Shown here piece by piece: positions 27,419 through 36,809 of a stretch of DNA of 43,381 nt. Numbering within the stretch: the stretch's first letter is position 1; every line of letters begins with the position of its first letter. Source of the DNA: a virus (Duplodnaviria > Caudoviricetes); IMG/VR virus record IMGVR_UViG_3300023252_000165, positions 1-43,381 of that record. One strand, 5' to 3'. The translations under genes and the position numbers were made by a program. Under the pieces are notes generated by a model, which worked only from the letters and a program-made list of their open reading frames with translations, did no database searches and was not told where the DNA came from.

Positions 27419-28390
27419 TTATTTATATTCTTCAATTATTTTTTTAATAGAAACTTTTTTCTCTAATCCAATTTCCTTTATACGTTCCTCCATAGCTTCA
27501 CTCAACTCTTTTGGAAAATAATTAACTACTAATTTTTCATTGCTATCATCATAATCAAAAATCCCCAACGATCTATATACACTTAAAATTCCGGATATTG
27601 CAAAATAATATTCTTTCCTTTCTTCCCTATCTATGTCAGAAAATTCAACTAACCAATTTGTTATTTGATTAATATTGTATTTTAAATTGAATTTATGTTT
27701 ATAGAAAATATGTATCAATACAATCCCTTCTATGTATGTATTCTCACTAACATTTTCACTCACATAACCTTCCCATTGAGCTTTCGTAAGTTTTATTAAT
27801 GAATTATCAAATAATGCTTTTTGGGGCCACCTTGTTTCAAACATTCCTTTGATTTCATTTTGATGATCTGATAGCTTGTCACCTATTCCTACTTGAACAT
27901 TATTTATTAATTCCGTAATTCTTGATTCTAGACTAGTTACTAAGGAATCAATATTACTATTTTCAAGTTCTTTTGTAGCTTCCTCAACTTTTGTTGTTGC
28001 TCTTTGAACCTTCTTTGCTGATTTTTCTAGTCTTTTTGTAGAATCTACTGTGGTAGCGCTTTGGTAATAAGTGTAAATGATTGCAAGGACTGCCAAAATT
28101 ATAGAAACTATAGTACCTGCAAATCCCCAATGATCAATCATTTCATCTGCTTTTCTATATTTAAAAGAGAAAACACTAATAGCACCAAGACAAATAATTA
28201 TTAACCAATATAATAAATCCTTCTTTTTAATCCAATTTATAGATGTTTCTTCATCACTTTCAATATTAGTTTTCTCTATACTCTTATTTCTTAATATTGT
28301 ATAAAAAATTAGAATAAGTATGACAGGGATAACCATTAGTATCCATGCTTGTAGGGTTATAGACACCTCAGTAGTCATTAACAACAACAT
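27419..28390 (-). CDS. Membrane moron protein (3 TM, coiled coil, C-terminal domain)
   Basis: 323 aa; 'FAGTIVSIILAVLAIIYTYYQ' then coiled coil; real start may be TTG 28384 or ATG 28378. Confidence 0.8.
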   Translation of the reverse strand: MLLLMTTEVSITLQAWILMVIPVILILIFYTILRNKSIEKTNIESDEETSINWIKKKDLLYWLIIICLGAISVFSFKYRKADEMIDHWGFAGTIVSIILAVLAIIYTYYQSATTVDSTKRLEKSAKKVQRATTKVEEATKELENSNIDSLVTSLESRITELINNVQVGIGDKLSDHQNEIKGMFETRWPQKALFDNSLIKLTKAQWEGYVSENVSENTYIEGIVLIHIFYKHKFNLKYNINQITNWLVEFSDIDREERKEYYFAISGILSVYRSLGIFDYDDSNEKLVVNYFPKELSEAMEERIKEIGLEKKVSIKKIIEEYK

Positions 28391-28469
28391 CTCCTCTTAT
28401 GTAAATATCTACTAGATTATACATAAGAGTATACTAAAAGACTACACTCAATTTATAAATGTAGTCTAA

Positions 28470-28625
28470 TATGCTTGTTTGTAGCAACACACGTACAAGC
28501 GAACGTGCTTAATTTATTGTAAGCAATATTTTTTTAACGCATTTCCGTGCGCTTTTGAAAACTTATCACAATATCAATTTACTACAGATTTTTGCGAACT
28601 TCCCTGGTGTTAACAAGTTCACTTT
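28470..28625 (-). promoter_or_regulatory. Putative late promoter / activator site with structured leader
   Basis: GAACTT...AAGTTC inverted repeat (28596-28620); hairpins at 28490-28507, 28507-28524 and 28536-28554. Confidence 0.45.
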
Positions 28626-28635
28626 TTAAGGTAAT

Positions 28636-29010
28636 TTATTTACAACTTTTTATTTCAAACTTTTCTACTTCTATAGCAAATTTAAGTTGATCGTTATTCG
28701 ATTTTATAAATCCACTAAATAGTTCAAGGCTTTCAGACAAATTATCATCATCTTCGAGTTTCTCTTCTTCTTCTTCAAAATTTTCTTGATACTCATCAAG
28801 TTCTTCTTTTAATACATTAAAAAACTCTTTTAACGCTGTTTGTAAATCCATCTCAGCACTTAACAAATGGGAATTTTGCTGTAAAGAATCTTCAAGTTCT
28901 TTTCTAGTTTTAAGAATAATCTCTTCATTAATTTGCTGATTCTCTACTATTCTTTCCTTTTCGTTTTCAATAATAATATTTTTTAATATTTCATATAATT
29001 TATCATTCAT
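28636..29010 (-). CDS. Acidic hypothetical moron protein
   Basis: 124 aa; very Glu-rich; AT-rich; AAGGGAG RBS. Confidence 0.7.
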   Translation of the reverse strand: MNDKLYEILKNIIIENEKERIVENQQINEEIILKTRKELEDSLQQNSHLLSAEMDLQTALKEFFNVLKEELDEYQENFEEEEEKLEDDDNLSESLELFSGFIKSNNDQLKFAIEVEKFEIKSCK

Positions 29011-29085
29011 TCAATCCACTCCCTTGATTAGCATATTGAATAATGATATCAAAAAACAAATGGTAACTCTATTTATTTTTCCTAT

Positions 29086-29502
29086 TTAAACCCAACCAAT
29101 CCTTTCCGCTGTTTTATCAATAAGAATGTTACGTTTACGCAATACTTTATGGCGTGAGATATACAATTTATCCGCTATGTCCTCCCACTCGTAACAGCCA
29201 TCCTTGTCCCAATAACGCATATCTACGATTGTTCGCATATCTTCGTCAAGGTCATGGTAAAGGTCTTCCACAGTCTTTATAATGCGCTTTAAATTTTGAT
29301 AGTAAGCATCGTTGGCAAGTAACGTAGCTTTCTTGGCTGTAGTATCAGAAATCGTATTACTACGCCCTCCAACCAACTCGCCTTGTTCACTATGTGGATG
29401 CAACAACTCCCACTCACGGTATTTTAATTTCTTCCTATACTGCTCTAGCTCAATCCAATATCGTTCGATTGTCTGTATATCACTACGCGATAACGTAGGC
29501 AT
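29086..29502 (-). CDS. RinA/ArpU-family late transcriptional activator
   Basis: 'SNTISDTT', 'IVDMRYW...WEDIADKLYIS...RKRN' sigma70-r4-like HTH; start moved to ATG 29502. Confidence 0.88.
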   Translation of the reverse strand: MPTLSRSDIQTIERYWIELEQYRKKLKYREWELLHPHSEQGELVGGRSNTISDTTAKKATLLANDAYYQNLKRIIKTVEDLYHDLDEDMRTIVDMRYWDKDGCYEWEDIADKLYISRHKVLRKRNILIDKTAERIGWV

Positions 29503-29639
29503 GTGCAGCACCTACCTTGTTTATAAATTTATTTATAACTGCAATGTTCATAAACACTGCAGCATTTTCATACCTAAAAACAAAAAACACTTGTTTAATA
29601 CCATATATGGTAGATAATAGAATAAAAGGAGGTGTTTAT

Positions 29640-29978
29640 ATGCAAAAAGGAAATTTACATGAATCTGAATTAATTAGAGATATGATTGCACTCCCAACCC
29701 CGTGTAACAATACTGTTTACTACCCTGCAAACCTTGCCGTCTTGGGTACTCAAGGAAAATATTCAGTATTTATGACTTTAAGCCATAAAAGTGGTGAAGC
29801 TTATATCGTTATTACACAACCAGATAGAGTAAGATTCAGAAGAAATGGTACTCCTGGACAAATATCCGAAATTTACGAAAATATCCCTTGGCCAGAAGTA
29901 GAAATGTCAGATGGCAATGGAATATTTTATTATAAAATAGCACCTTCGTTGCAAGAATTAGAAGACTATTTTAAGTAA
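29640..29978 (+). CDS. Hypothetical moron protein, opposite orientation
   Basis: AAAGGAGG RBS before ATG 29640 (MQKGNLHES...); terminator at 30001-30026. Confidence 0.75.
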   Translation: MQKGNLHESELIRDMIALPTPCNNTVYYPANLAVLGTQGKYSVFMTLSHKSGEAYIVITQPDRVRFRRNGTPGQISEIYENIPWPEVEMSDGNGIFYYKIAPSLQELEDYFK

Positions 29979-30000
29979 TTTATAGGTTGACTATCACTTA

Positions 30001-30026
30001 GACTCATGTTTATACATGAGTTTTTT
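30001..30026 (+). terminator. Intrinsic terminator
   Basis: GACTCATGT-ttat-ACATGAGTT followed by TTTT. Confidence 0.75.
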
Positions 30027-30043
30027 CAATTCGCTAATATTTT

Positions 30044-31030
30044 TCAGCATCCTAATTCATGAATTAGTTCCAGTTGTACTTTGCTTAATCGTTTTTCAGC
30101 GATTTTTATATACTCTGGATTTAGTTCAATACCGATAAAATTACGGCCATGTTTTAATGCAACTAATCCTGTTGTTCCAGAACCAAAGAATGGATCCATT
30201 ACAACGCCATCTAAAGGACAACCCGCCAATACGCATGGTTCAATTAGATCTTCTGAAAATGTTGCGAAATGCGCCTCTTTTAATGGTTTAGTTGAAACTG
30301 TCCATACTGATCGTTTATTGCGTTTATCTCGAATTGCTCTAAAAGCCTCGTTACCATATTTGCCATCAAACGAGCCTCTAGGCTTATCAGTGCGCCTTGC
30401 TTTTTGCACTTGTCCAAAGGCACCTTGTGAGCCTCTAACATCTAAAGTTCCGTATACAGCTGGTTCTTTTATTGCTTCATGATCGTAATAGTATTTAGGT
30501 TGCTTGCTTAATAGAAAAATATATTCATGGGATTTTGTTGGCCGATCAGTAACACTTTCAGGCATCGGATTTGGCTTACTCCATATTATGTCCTGTCGCA
30601 AGTACCATCCATCTGCTTGTAATGCAAAGGCAACACGCCAAGGCAACCCTATTAAATCTTTTGGCTTTAACCCATTTACATTTTTTGAAATTTTAACAAT
30701 CCCATCAAACTGCCCATTACTTTGCATGTGGTTTTTACCTGGATTGCCTTTGCCATCTGCATTACGCCCTTTTCCACTACCTGCGTATGCATCACCAAGA
30801 TTTAGCCAAACTGTTCCATCATCTTTCAGGATCCGTTTTATTTCTCGGAACACATCTACAAGAGCAGATACATATTCCTCAACAGAATTTTCAAGTCCTA
30901 TTTGACCATCTACACCATAGTCACGTAGCCCCCAATACGGAGGACTTGAGACAACTGTATTTACGCTTTCGCCCTGCAGTGTTTTTAGCACCTTTAGACA
31001 ATGCCCATGATAGATTTTATTAAGCTCCAC
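30044..31030 (-). CDS. Orphan DNA methyltransferase (N6_N4_Mtase, beta class, probably N4-cytosine)
   Basis: Motif IV 'SPPY' precedes motif I 'DPFFGSGTT'; no adjacent restriction endonuclease. Confidence 0.92.
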   Translation of the reverse strand: MELNKIYHGHCLKVLKTLQGESVNTVVSSPPYWGLRDYGVDGQIGLENSVEEYVSALVDVFREIKRILKDDGTVWLNLGDAYAGSGKGRNADGKGNPGKNHMQSNGQFDGIVKISKNVNGLKPKDLIGLPWRVAFALQADGWYLRQDIIWSKPNPMPESVTDRPTKSHEYIFLLSKQPKYYYDHEAIKEPAVYGTLDVRGSQGAFGQVQKARRTDKPRGSFDGKYGNEAFRAIRDKRNKRSVWTVSTKPLKEAHFATFSEDLIEPCVLAGCPLDGVVMDPFFGSGTTGLVALKHGRNFIGIELNPEYIKIAEKRLSKVQLELIHELGC

Positions 31031-31101
31031 CTTGTCACCCCCTCACTGCACAATATCTTTCTACTGCACCGTATCCACACGCTTTTTACTATCCTCAACA
31101 T

Positions 31102-31401
31102 TTATAAATCGCTAGATTTCACGAATACACCATTAACCATTTTTCCTGTGCGCCCTTTTATTTCATCGTAGGCTGTATTTAAACACTCATGTAAGTCCAT
31201 GTCATTTTGTTGAGCTAATATAATAAGTGTCACAACCACGTCACCAATTCCATCACGTAAAGAATCCTTATCATTACGTGCAAGTGCTGCCGCAACTTCT
31301 CCCAATTCCTCTGTACACTTTAAAAATTGCTTGCTAGACTCTGCTTTATCTAATCCTTTTTCGATTGACCATTGTTCAACTTGTTTGATTAATTCATTCA
31401 T
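31102..31401 (-). CDS. MazG-like nucleotide pyrophosphohydrolase
   Basis: 'KCTEELGEV...DGIGDVVVTL...AYDEIKGRTG'. Confidence 0.9.
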   Translation of the reverse strand: MNELIKQVEQWSIEKGLDKAESSKQFLKCTEELGEVAAALARNDKDSLRDGIGDVVVTLIILAQQNDMDLHECLNTAYDEIKGRTGKMVNGVFVKSSDL

Positions 31402-31616
31402 TTCTGCATTTCCTCCAATTTCTGTTTTAAAACTGTTAAGTAAACTAGTTCGTCCATTAACTCTTGTCTTGCGTGTTCAATCCATTCGATAGTTGTATAA
31501 TCCATAGGATTAACCGTTGTACCATACTTCGCAAGACCTTTAGCAGTCTGTAATTCTAGTAAACTTTGCACTTCACGTAATACTGGATTTGCTAAAATTT
31601 CATCTTCAATTGACAT
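31398..31616 (-). CDS. Hypothetical protein, possibly all-alpha NTP-pyrophosphatase-like
   Basis: 'KGLAKYGTT...WIEHARQELMDELVY'. Confidence 0.65.
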   Translation of the reverse strand: MSIEDEILANPVLREVQSLLELQTAKGLAKYGTTVNPMDYTTIEWIEHARQELMDELVYLTVLKQKLEEMQK

Positions 31617-31992
31617 TTTTCTTATACACCTTTCTTTTAAGACGTTCTGTTTTAATACCTTTCAATCGTTTCCAATTTTGAATTGTGCCAGCTGATACAT
31701 TAAGCATTGCTGCAATTTCTTTATCTGATTTACCATCGCGTTTTAATTTAAGGTATTTGGCTTTTGTTAAAGGTAAGGTCGAACTTTTAACTGGTGCAAC
31801 GTCAATCGATGCATTTATTTTTCTTCGTTTCATCACCAACTCCAAAAGCGAATTACGGTATTTTAGAATCTCTTTACAATTGGAACAATTTTCGGATTCT
31901 GTATCAGTTACACAATTACATTTAAGTGTTAGAGCATCGATTTTATTTAATATTTCAATTCGCTTTTTACGCATATCTGCATTCATGTACAT
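31606..31992 (-). CDS. Zn-finger plus C-terminal HTH protein
   Basis: CNC...CSNC; 'KSDKEIAAMLNVSAGTIQNWK'; start moved to 31992 (GAGGAG RBS). Confidence 0.75.
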   Translation of the reverse strand: MYMNADMRKKRIEILNKIDALTLKCNCVTDTESENCSNCKEILKYRNSLLELVMKRRKINASIDVAPVKSSTLPLTKAKYLKLKRDGKSDKEIAAMLNVSAGTIQNWKRLKGIKTERLKRKVYKKNVN

Positions 31993-32206
31993 TCCACACT
32001 CCTCTCTCAATCCAGCCCTCGTTTAAATGCTGCTGAATCGATTCGAATTCGTAAGGCATAATTACACTTACTTCGCATCCATCAACTGTCATAAACATTT
32101 CAATATACTTTGTAAATGGATTAGGTATTGCCGTCCACAATCTACCCTGTGGTTGCTTCGTTTTCTTCACCGACTGAACAATAGGAATCCCATTGCGCAT
32201 ATTCAT
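31967..32206 (-). CDS. Hypothetical protein
   Basis: 79 aa; fills the gap in the minus-strand operon. Confidence 0.6.
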   Translation of the reverse strand: MNMRNGIPIVQSVKKTKQPQGRLWTAIPNPFTKYIEMFMTVDGCEVSVIMPYEFESIQQHLNEGWIERGVWNVHECRYA

Positions 32207-32211
32207 GATTT

Positions 32212-32751
32212 TTAAAACACCCCATTTTTCAATAAGTCCTTAGCTTGATAATAAAAATGGTAATAAATAAAATTGCCGCTATATTTTTTATCCAAATATA
32301 CAATTTCGAAATTGTAACGATATTTGAAACTATTAAGCATTCCTAGTAGTGATAAAGGCTTGTACTGACTTCGATATTCACCGCGAATCATTTTTCCATA
32401 ACCGTCAGGATCTTCACATAAAAGAGTGAAAGGAATATCCTTGGCGCGTATCAATTCATTTTCAAAAGCCGTTTTCGTATCTTTTTGTAAGTTGCCAGTG
32501 ATTTCATCCATATGAGCTTTACGTTCAATCCGACTTGATAGCCAAATATCGCGCTTGATACCAAGTTCTTCATTCGCCGGAATCATTGCAGCATAATCAC
32601 CTGTTTTTATTGCACGGTTAACGAATGGAATTTCGTGTTTTCGTAAATAACGCAATATATGGTCATTGACCTGTTCGCGCGTATCGATAACGATTGTTAA
32701 TGTTTTTAATACACTATCAATCTCTTTATCTGTGTATTTATAGTGAATCAA
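32212..32751 (-). CDS. ERCC4-domain nuclease (probable resolvase)
   Basis: 'IVIDTREQ', 'GDY', 'IERK' motifs. Confidence 0.92.
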   Translation of the reverse strand: MIHYKYTDKEIDSVLKTLTIVIDTREQVNDHILRYLRKHEIPFVNRAIKTGDYAAMIPANEELGIKRDIWLSSRIERKAHMDEITGNLQKDTKTAFENELIRAKDIPFTLLCEDPDGYGKMIRGEYRSQYKPLSLLGMLNSFKYRYNFEIVYLDKKYSGNFIYYHFYYQAKDLLKNGVF

Positions 32752-32984
32752 TTTAAATCACCTTCGATAACGTCAGTAGTAACACGAACAACCTCACTCA
32801 TTCGTACGTAATGTCCACCGTGACCTTCTTTCTCGAAAGTAATACATGCATCAATTCCTTCTCGCATTGCGGTTTCTATCGTTTCTACAACCTCCAATAC
32901 TGCTAAGTGATTTTCTTCTGAAATAGGTTGTTCAAAAGTTTCGATAACACCATTTTTATATAAAAATTCGAATTTCATAATCAT
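32748..32984 (-). CDS. Hypothetical protein
   Basis: 78 aa; AAGGAGG RBS. Confidence 0.75.
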   Translation of the reverse strand: MIMKFEFLYKNGVIETFEQPISEENHLAVLEVVETIETAMREGIDACITFEKEGHGGHYVRMSEVVRVTTDVIEGDLN

Positions 32985-33095
32985 TGTTCATTACCTCCTT
33001 GTTTCGACTTGAAATAAGCACCGTACAGACGTTCTAATTAAGAGTTTGATATTATTTATCACCCTACTTCTAAAACGTCTTAAATCGACTGCAAA

Positions 33096-33521
33096 TCACT
33101 TATTTTGATTAGCGTATAAAATTGCCCGTTCATATATTTTTTGTTTCATCACATTTGATTCATCATTTTCGTATTGACGCCAATCTTCGTAAATATCCTT
33201 CCAGCCATTGACTGCCAATACCGATTGATAATCCATAAATAAATTCAATGCCGTTTCATCGTGATTTAAGAAGTTGCTTATCGATTCATTTTTTTGCCAA
33301 CCGCATAATGCCACGATCATTTTCCATAAAGTCATATCTGCGCCTTTCATGCCCTCCACAGATTTGAGGTATGCATCTATTTCATCAAAGATTGGCCCGG
33401 ATACTTTTAAAACTTCTGCCGGAATATTTTTAGAATTTTTTAATTCAAGGCTGCCGTCCTTTTCATCTCGTTCAATGACGCCCCCGAATTTCCAAATTTG
33501 CGACAAAACATATAAAACCAT
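33096..33521 (-). CDS. Hypothetical protein downstream of origin
   Basis: 141 aa; AAAGGTGG RBS. Confidence 0.75.
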   Translation of the reverse strand: MVLYVLSQIWKFGGVIERDEKDGSLELKNSKNIPAEVLKVSGPIFDEIDAYLKSVEGMKGADMTLWKMIVALCGWQKNESISNFLNHDETALNLFMDYQSVLAVNGWKDIYEDWRQYENDESNVMKQKIYERAILYANQNK

Positions 33522-33544
33522 TTATTTACATAACCACCTTTACA

Positions 33545-33850
33545 ATTGGTTACTGAAAAACACGTTAAATAACTAAATAACCCTAAATAATTACCGAAAG
33601 TTTCTTTAATAACTCCGCCTTCAACCTTACAGCTACAAGGGATTGAACGATTTCACCCCTCAAAAAGTTAAGTTAGTTACTCGCAAATGGGTATTACGCT
33701 CTTATATATACTTATATATTTATTTTTTATTTTTTTATTTAACTGATATCCCAATAACAAAAATAACTAAATAACTATAAAAGTACTCTAAACACTTGAT
33801 ACGACTGACTTTCCGAGGGTTAGCTAAAATAGTTACTAAACTAACTGCGA
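33545..33850. other. Putative replication origin (GTTA/TAAC iterons around AT-rich core)
   Basis: AAATAACTAAATAAC at 33567 and 33761, GTTAAGTTAGTTAC at 33667, AT-rich tract 33701-33742; directly after primase-helicase. Confidence 0.65.
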
Positions 33851-33854
33851 GGTA

Positions 33855-36236
33855 CTAAACGAGCTTAAAACCTGCTTTTTCGGCTTCCTCAGTAACGTTT
33901 TCTTGTTGTTGAGTAACCTCTTTCGGCGCTCTCTCAAGTAATGTAATTCCATAAACATACAATTTATTTCCGGCACCACGTTCCTTTTTGTAACCCTTCG
34001 TTTCCAACATCCGATAAAAACTACGATTACCTAAAGTGCGTTCGCCTGATTTGTAGCAAAAACTGTCATATACGTTATAAAGCTCTTTTGCTTCAATTTT
34101 AATTTGGTCATTATCTTTATCTTGGTAGCAGCATTCAATTAAGAATGGATCTAAAATATCCATATCTGCTTTGTATAACCCTGTCGCTTTCGTAACGATA
34201 GCAGGCTCTTTCAATCCATCCTTCCGCCACTTTAAGCAACCTTCAATCGCCCAATTTAAAATGCCTGGCATTTCGAGCGATAACTTTTCAGGTAACTTTT
34301 TATCACGTTGATGAGCTGGCAAATTCAAATCAAATGGAATTAATTTAACTCGGCGCCAAATACCTTCATCAAGTCCACCGATGATTGGCTTATGATTTGT
34401 TGTGAAGAACACTTTAAATTCTGGAATGTACTCGAAATATTCTTGTCGTAAGAAACGGGCCAATACTGGCTCACCACCCGTGATTTGCTTAACGAATGAT
34501 TCCGAAAGTTTTTCTCCTTCTTCTGATTCAATCGCACTTACAAAACGTGATCCAACAAGTCGAGCAATGTCATTATTAGCCCCAGTATCTTTTTTCTTTA
34601 TGAACGTGTCTGACTTTGCTTGTTTACCATATTCGCCTATTAAATCCTTGATTGTATTGATGAATGTTGATTTCCCGTTACTGCCACCACCAACTAAGAA
34701 CATCATAATTTGTTCTGAAATATCACCTGTTAATGAGTAACCTATTAGACGCTGCATGTAATCAGCTAAACCTTTGTCACCTAAAAATATTTGGTCAAGG
34801 AACGCGAGCCATGTTGGGCATTTTGAGCCTTCCACAAATTCAACATTAGCCATTTTCGTTAATCTTTTTTCTCGGTCATGAGGTTGTAATTGGCCTGTCT
34901 GCAAATCAACAATGCCATTTGCCACATTGAACAAAAATTTGTGCTTATCAAATTCAGAGCGATCACCTGGCACTAAAATTTTCAAATCCTTGATAGCTGA
35001 TTCACGTACATTATGTTTTTCGCAATGTCGCGCCCATTTCTTTTCTATTTCATCTTCTGATTCACCTAGCTTGCGAACGACTTTTGCAACTAAACGATGC
35101 AGCTTACCTTTATCATCAAACTCCCAATACTTACCGTTCCAAACGTACCAACCGACCGAAGGAATATAACGGATAATGTGACCATATTCGTATGCAATGC
35201 GCTCGGCGTTTCCTAAATCGGTCAACTTGAATTTACGCGCCGGCTTTTCCTCGACTTCTTCCACCACATCATCACTGTGGATGGCAAATGAAAATTCACT
35301 GTCGTTTTTATGATCCAATATGGTTGTGGTAGTAGAAGCAATAGCCTTTGCAATGGTACGCTCACCGTATGCTTCACCTGTATCGCCGTATGTGATTCTG
35401 TCCCATTTATCACGCATTAGTGAAGTCTCACGAAACATACTGTCCATGCGTGTAGCACTTTTTCCCGTCCAAAAAGCTAAATGGTTTGCTAATGCCATAT
35501 CAGATGATGAATGGTCGTCATCGATTAAATGACCGTTATACAATGCGCGGATTTCATCACCGTTACGACTATTGAACATCTTCTGCCATAGTTGCTCATT
35601 CGTTAATTTAATTTCATCGTTTTCGTATTCAGAAATATTTACAACACGGCCTCGCAAATCGCTATCATCAAAATATTTTTCAAGCAATTCAACAAGTTCG
35701 TCTGTGCGATCAAATATTTCATTAGAATTTTCGCGGTTGCCAGTCATTGTGAAGTAACGCCCATGCTGATAAATCTCTAAACCTAATTTGGCATTTTTGC
35801 GTCCCGTACCACAAATGGATTGTGATAGACTGCCACGCACGATAATGTGAATACCTGTTCCACTGACACTAAATTCCGTGTAACTATCAAGCATCTCAAT
35901 AACATCTTTAGCAAAATCACTTATGATTGGATTTTCCTGTTCGCCATCATCACTGGCATAGGTAACGCATTTATCTATATCGATACCTACAAAATTATCG
36001 CGGCGACTGAATACAAAACCTATTCCATCTGCATTAGAATCTCGATAAAATTTTGCTGCAGTAGGAAATGTTGACCATGTACGCGCATCGTTTGAACGAG
36101 CTTCATTACCATCAATTTGATATGGGATTTTAGTGATTTTACCGTTATCTTTTTGTTCTGCTTTCCACAATATCCAGTTCGGCATATTGCGAAGTTCAGC
36201 AGGAATGTCGTTAAAGTTGTATGGGATTACTTTCAT
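33855..36236 (-). CDS. Primase-polymerase / D5-like SF3 helicase (P4 family)
   Basis: N-terminal 'VGIDIDKC', 'SVSGTGIH', 'RYFTMTG'; D5_N 'TDLGNAER'; Walker A 'GGGSNGKST'; start moved to 36236. Confidence 0.94.
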   Translation of the reverse strand: MKVIPYNFNDIPAELRNMPNWILWKAEQKDNGKITKIPYQIDGNEARSNDARTWSTFPTAAKFYRDSNADGIGFVFSRRDNFVGIDIDKCVTYASDDGEQENPIISDFAKDVIEMLDSYTEFSVSGTGIHIIVRGSLSQSICGTGRKNAKLGLEIYQHGRYFTMTGNRENSNEIFDRTDELVELLEKYFDDSDLRGRVVNISEYENDEIKLTNEQLWQKMFNSRNGDEIRALYNGHLIDDDHSSSDMALANHLAFWTGKSATRMDSMFRETSLMRDKWDRITYGDTGEAYGERTIAKAIASTTTTILDHKNDSEFSFAIHSDDVVEEVEEKPARKFKLTDLGNAERIAYEYGHIIRYIPSVGWYVWNGKYWEFDDKGKLHRLVAKVVRKLGESEDEIEKKWARHCEKHNVRESAIKDLKILVPGDRSEFDKHKFLFNVANGIVDLQTGQLQPHDREKRLTKMANVEFVEGSKCPTWLAFLDQIFLGDKGLADYMQRLIGYSLTGDISEQIMMFLVGGGSNGKSTFINTIKDLIGEYGKQAKSDTFIKKKDTGANNDIARLVGSRFVSAIESEEGEKLSESFVKQITGGEPVLARFLRQEYFEYIPEFKVFFTTNHKPIIGGLDEGIWRRVKLIPFDLNLPAHQRDKKLPEKLSLEMPGILNWAIEGCLKWRKDGLKEPAIVTKATGLYKADMDILDPFLIECCYQDKDNDQIKIEAKELYNVYDSFCYKSGERTLGNRSFYRMLETKGYKKERGAGNKLYVYGITLLERAPKEVTQQQENVTEEAEKAGFKLV

Positions 36237-36362
36237 GTTGTCACCTTCATTCATTTTTGGGTATAAAAAAGAGAAGTCCGCCTAAAACAGACCTCTCTAT
36301 GAAATTTTATTTAATCGTAGCCAATAACGATTGCCCACTCATTAACAAACTTGAACGGGTCA

Positions 36363-36809
36363 TCAAAATGGAACGTCATCCTCACTTACTGTAATTGGAC
36401 CACTACCTTGCGGCGCACCTGCAGTTGATTCTTTAAATCCAGTTACTTCTGGATATGTTTTTCCATTAGTGGCTACACGGTGACCAACTGTTACTACTAA
36501 GTGCTTACCGACTAATGTGTCTGCCCATTCCTTGTATGAGTTAAAATCCATTCCGTCTGGAAACTGTGCAGCTTTCGAAATTGCTTGGAAACGCCACATG
36601 GCTTTTTCCGTAACTGTGAAATTGTCAAATAAGATTTTTTGCCCTTGATGCGGTTGGTTAACATCGCTACGAATTTCATAATCCACAACAACTTGGTTAT
36701 TACCTGTGCTAGCTTTTTTCATTTCATAATTGTGGACCGTAACTTCATAGTCACCTTTTGCTATTAATTCAAATCCGCCTTTTGCTTCTTCGTGGTTAAT
36801 TTTAAACAT
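36363..36809 (-). CDS. DUF669 ssDNA-binding protein
   Basis: 'GDYEV...YEIRSDV', acidic tail 'EDDVPF'. Confidence 0.85.
   Translation of the reverse strand: MFKINHEEAKGGFELIAKGDYEVTVHNYEMKKASTGNNQVVVDYEIRSDVNQPHQGQKILFDNFTVTEKAMWRFQAISKAAQFPDGMDFNSYKEWADTLVGKHLVVTVGHRVATNGKTYPEVTGFKESTAGAPQGSGPITVSEDDVPF

Noticed and set aside
36307-36363. 18-codon ORF overlapping the DUF669 stop codon
   Set aside because: Too short, with no independent evidence of translation
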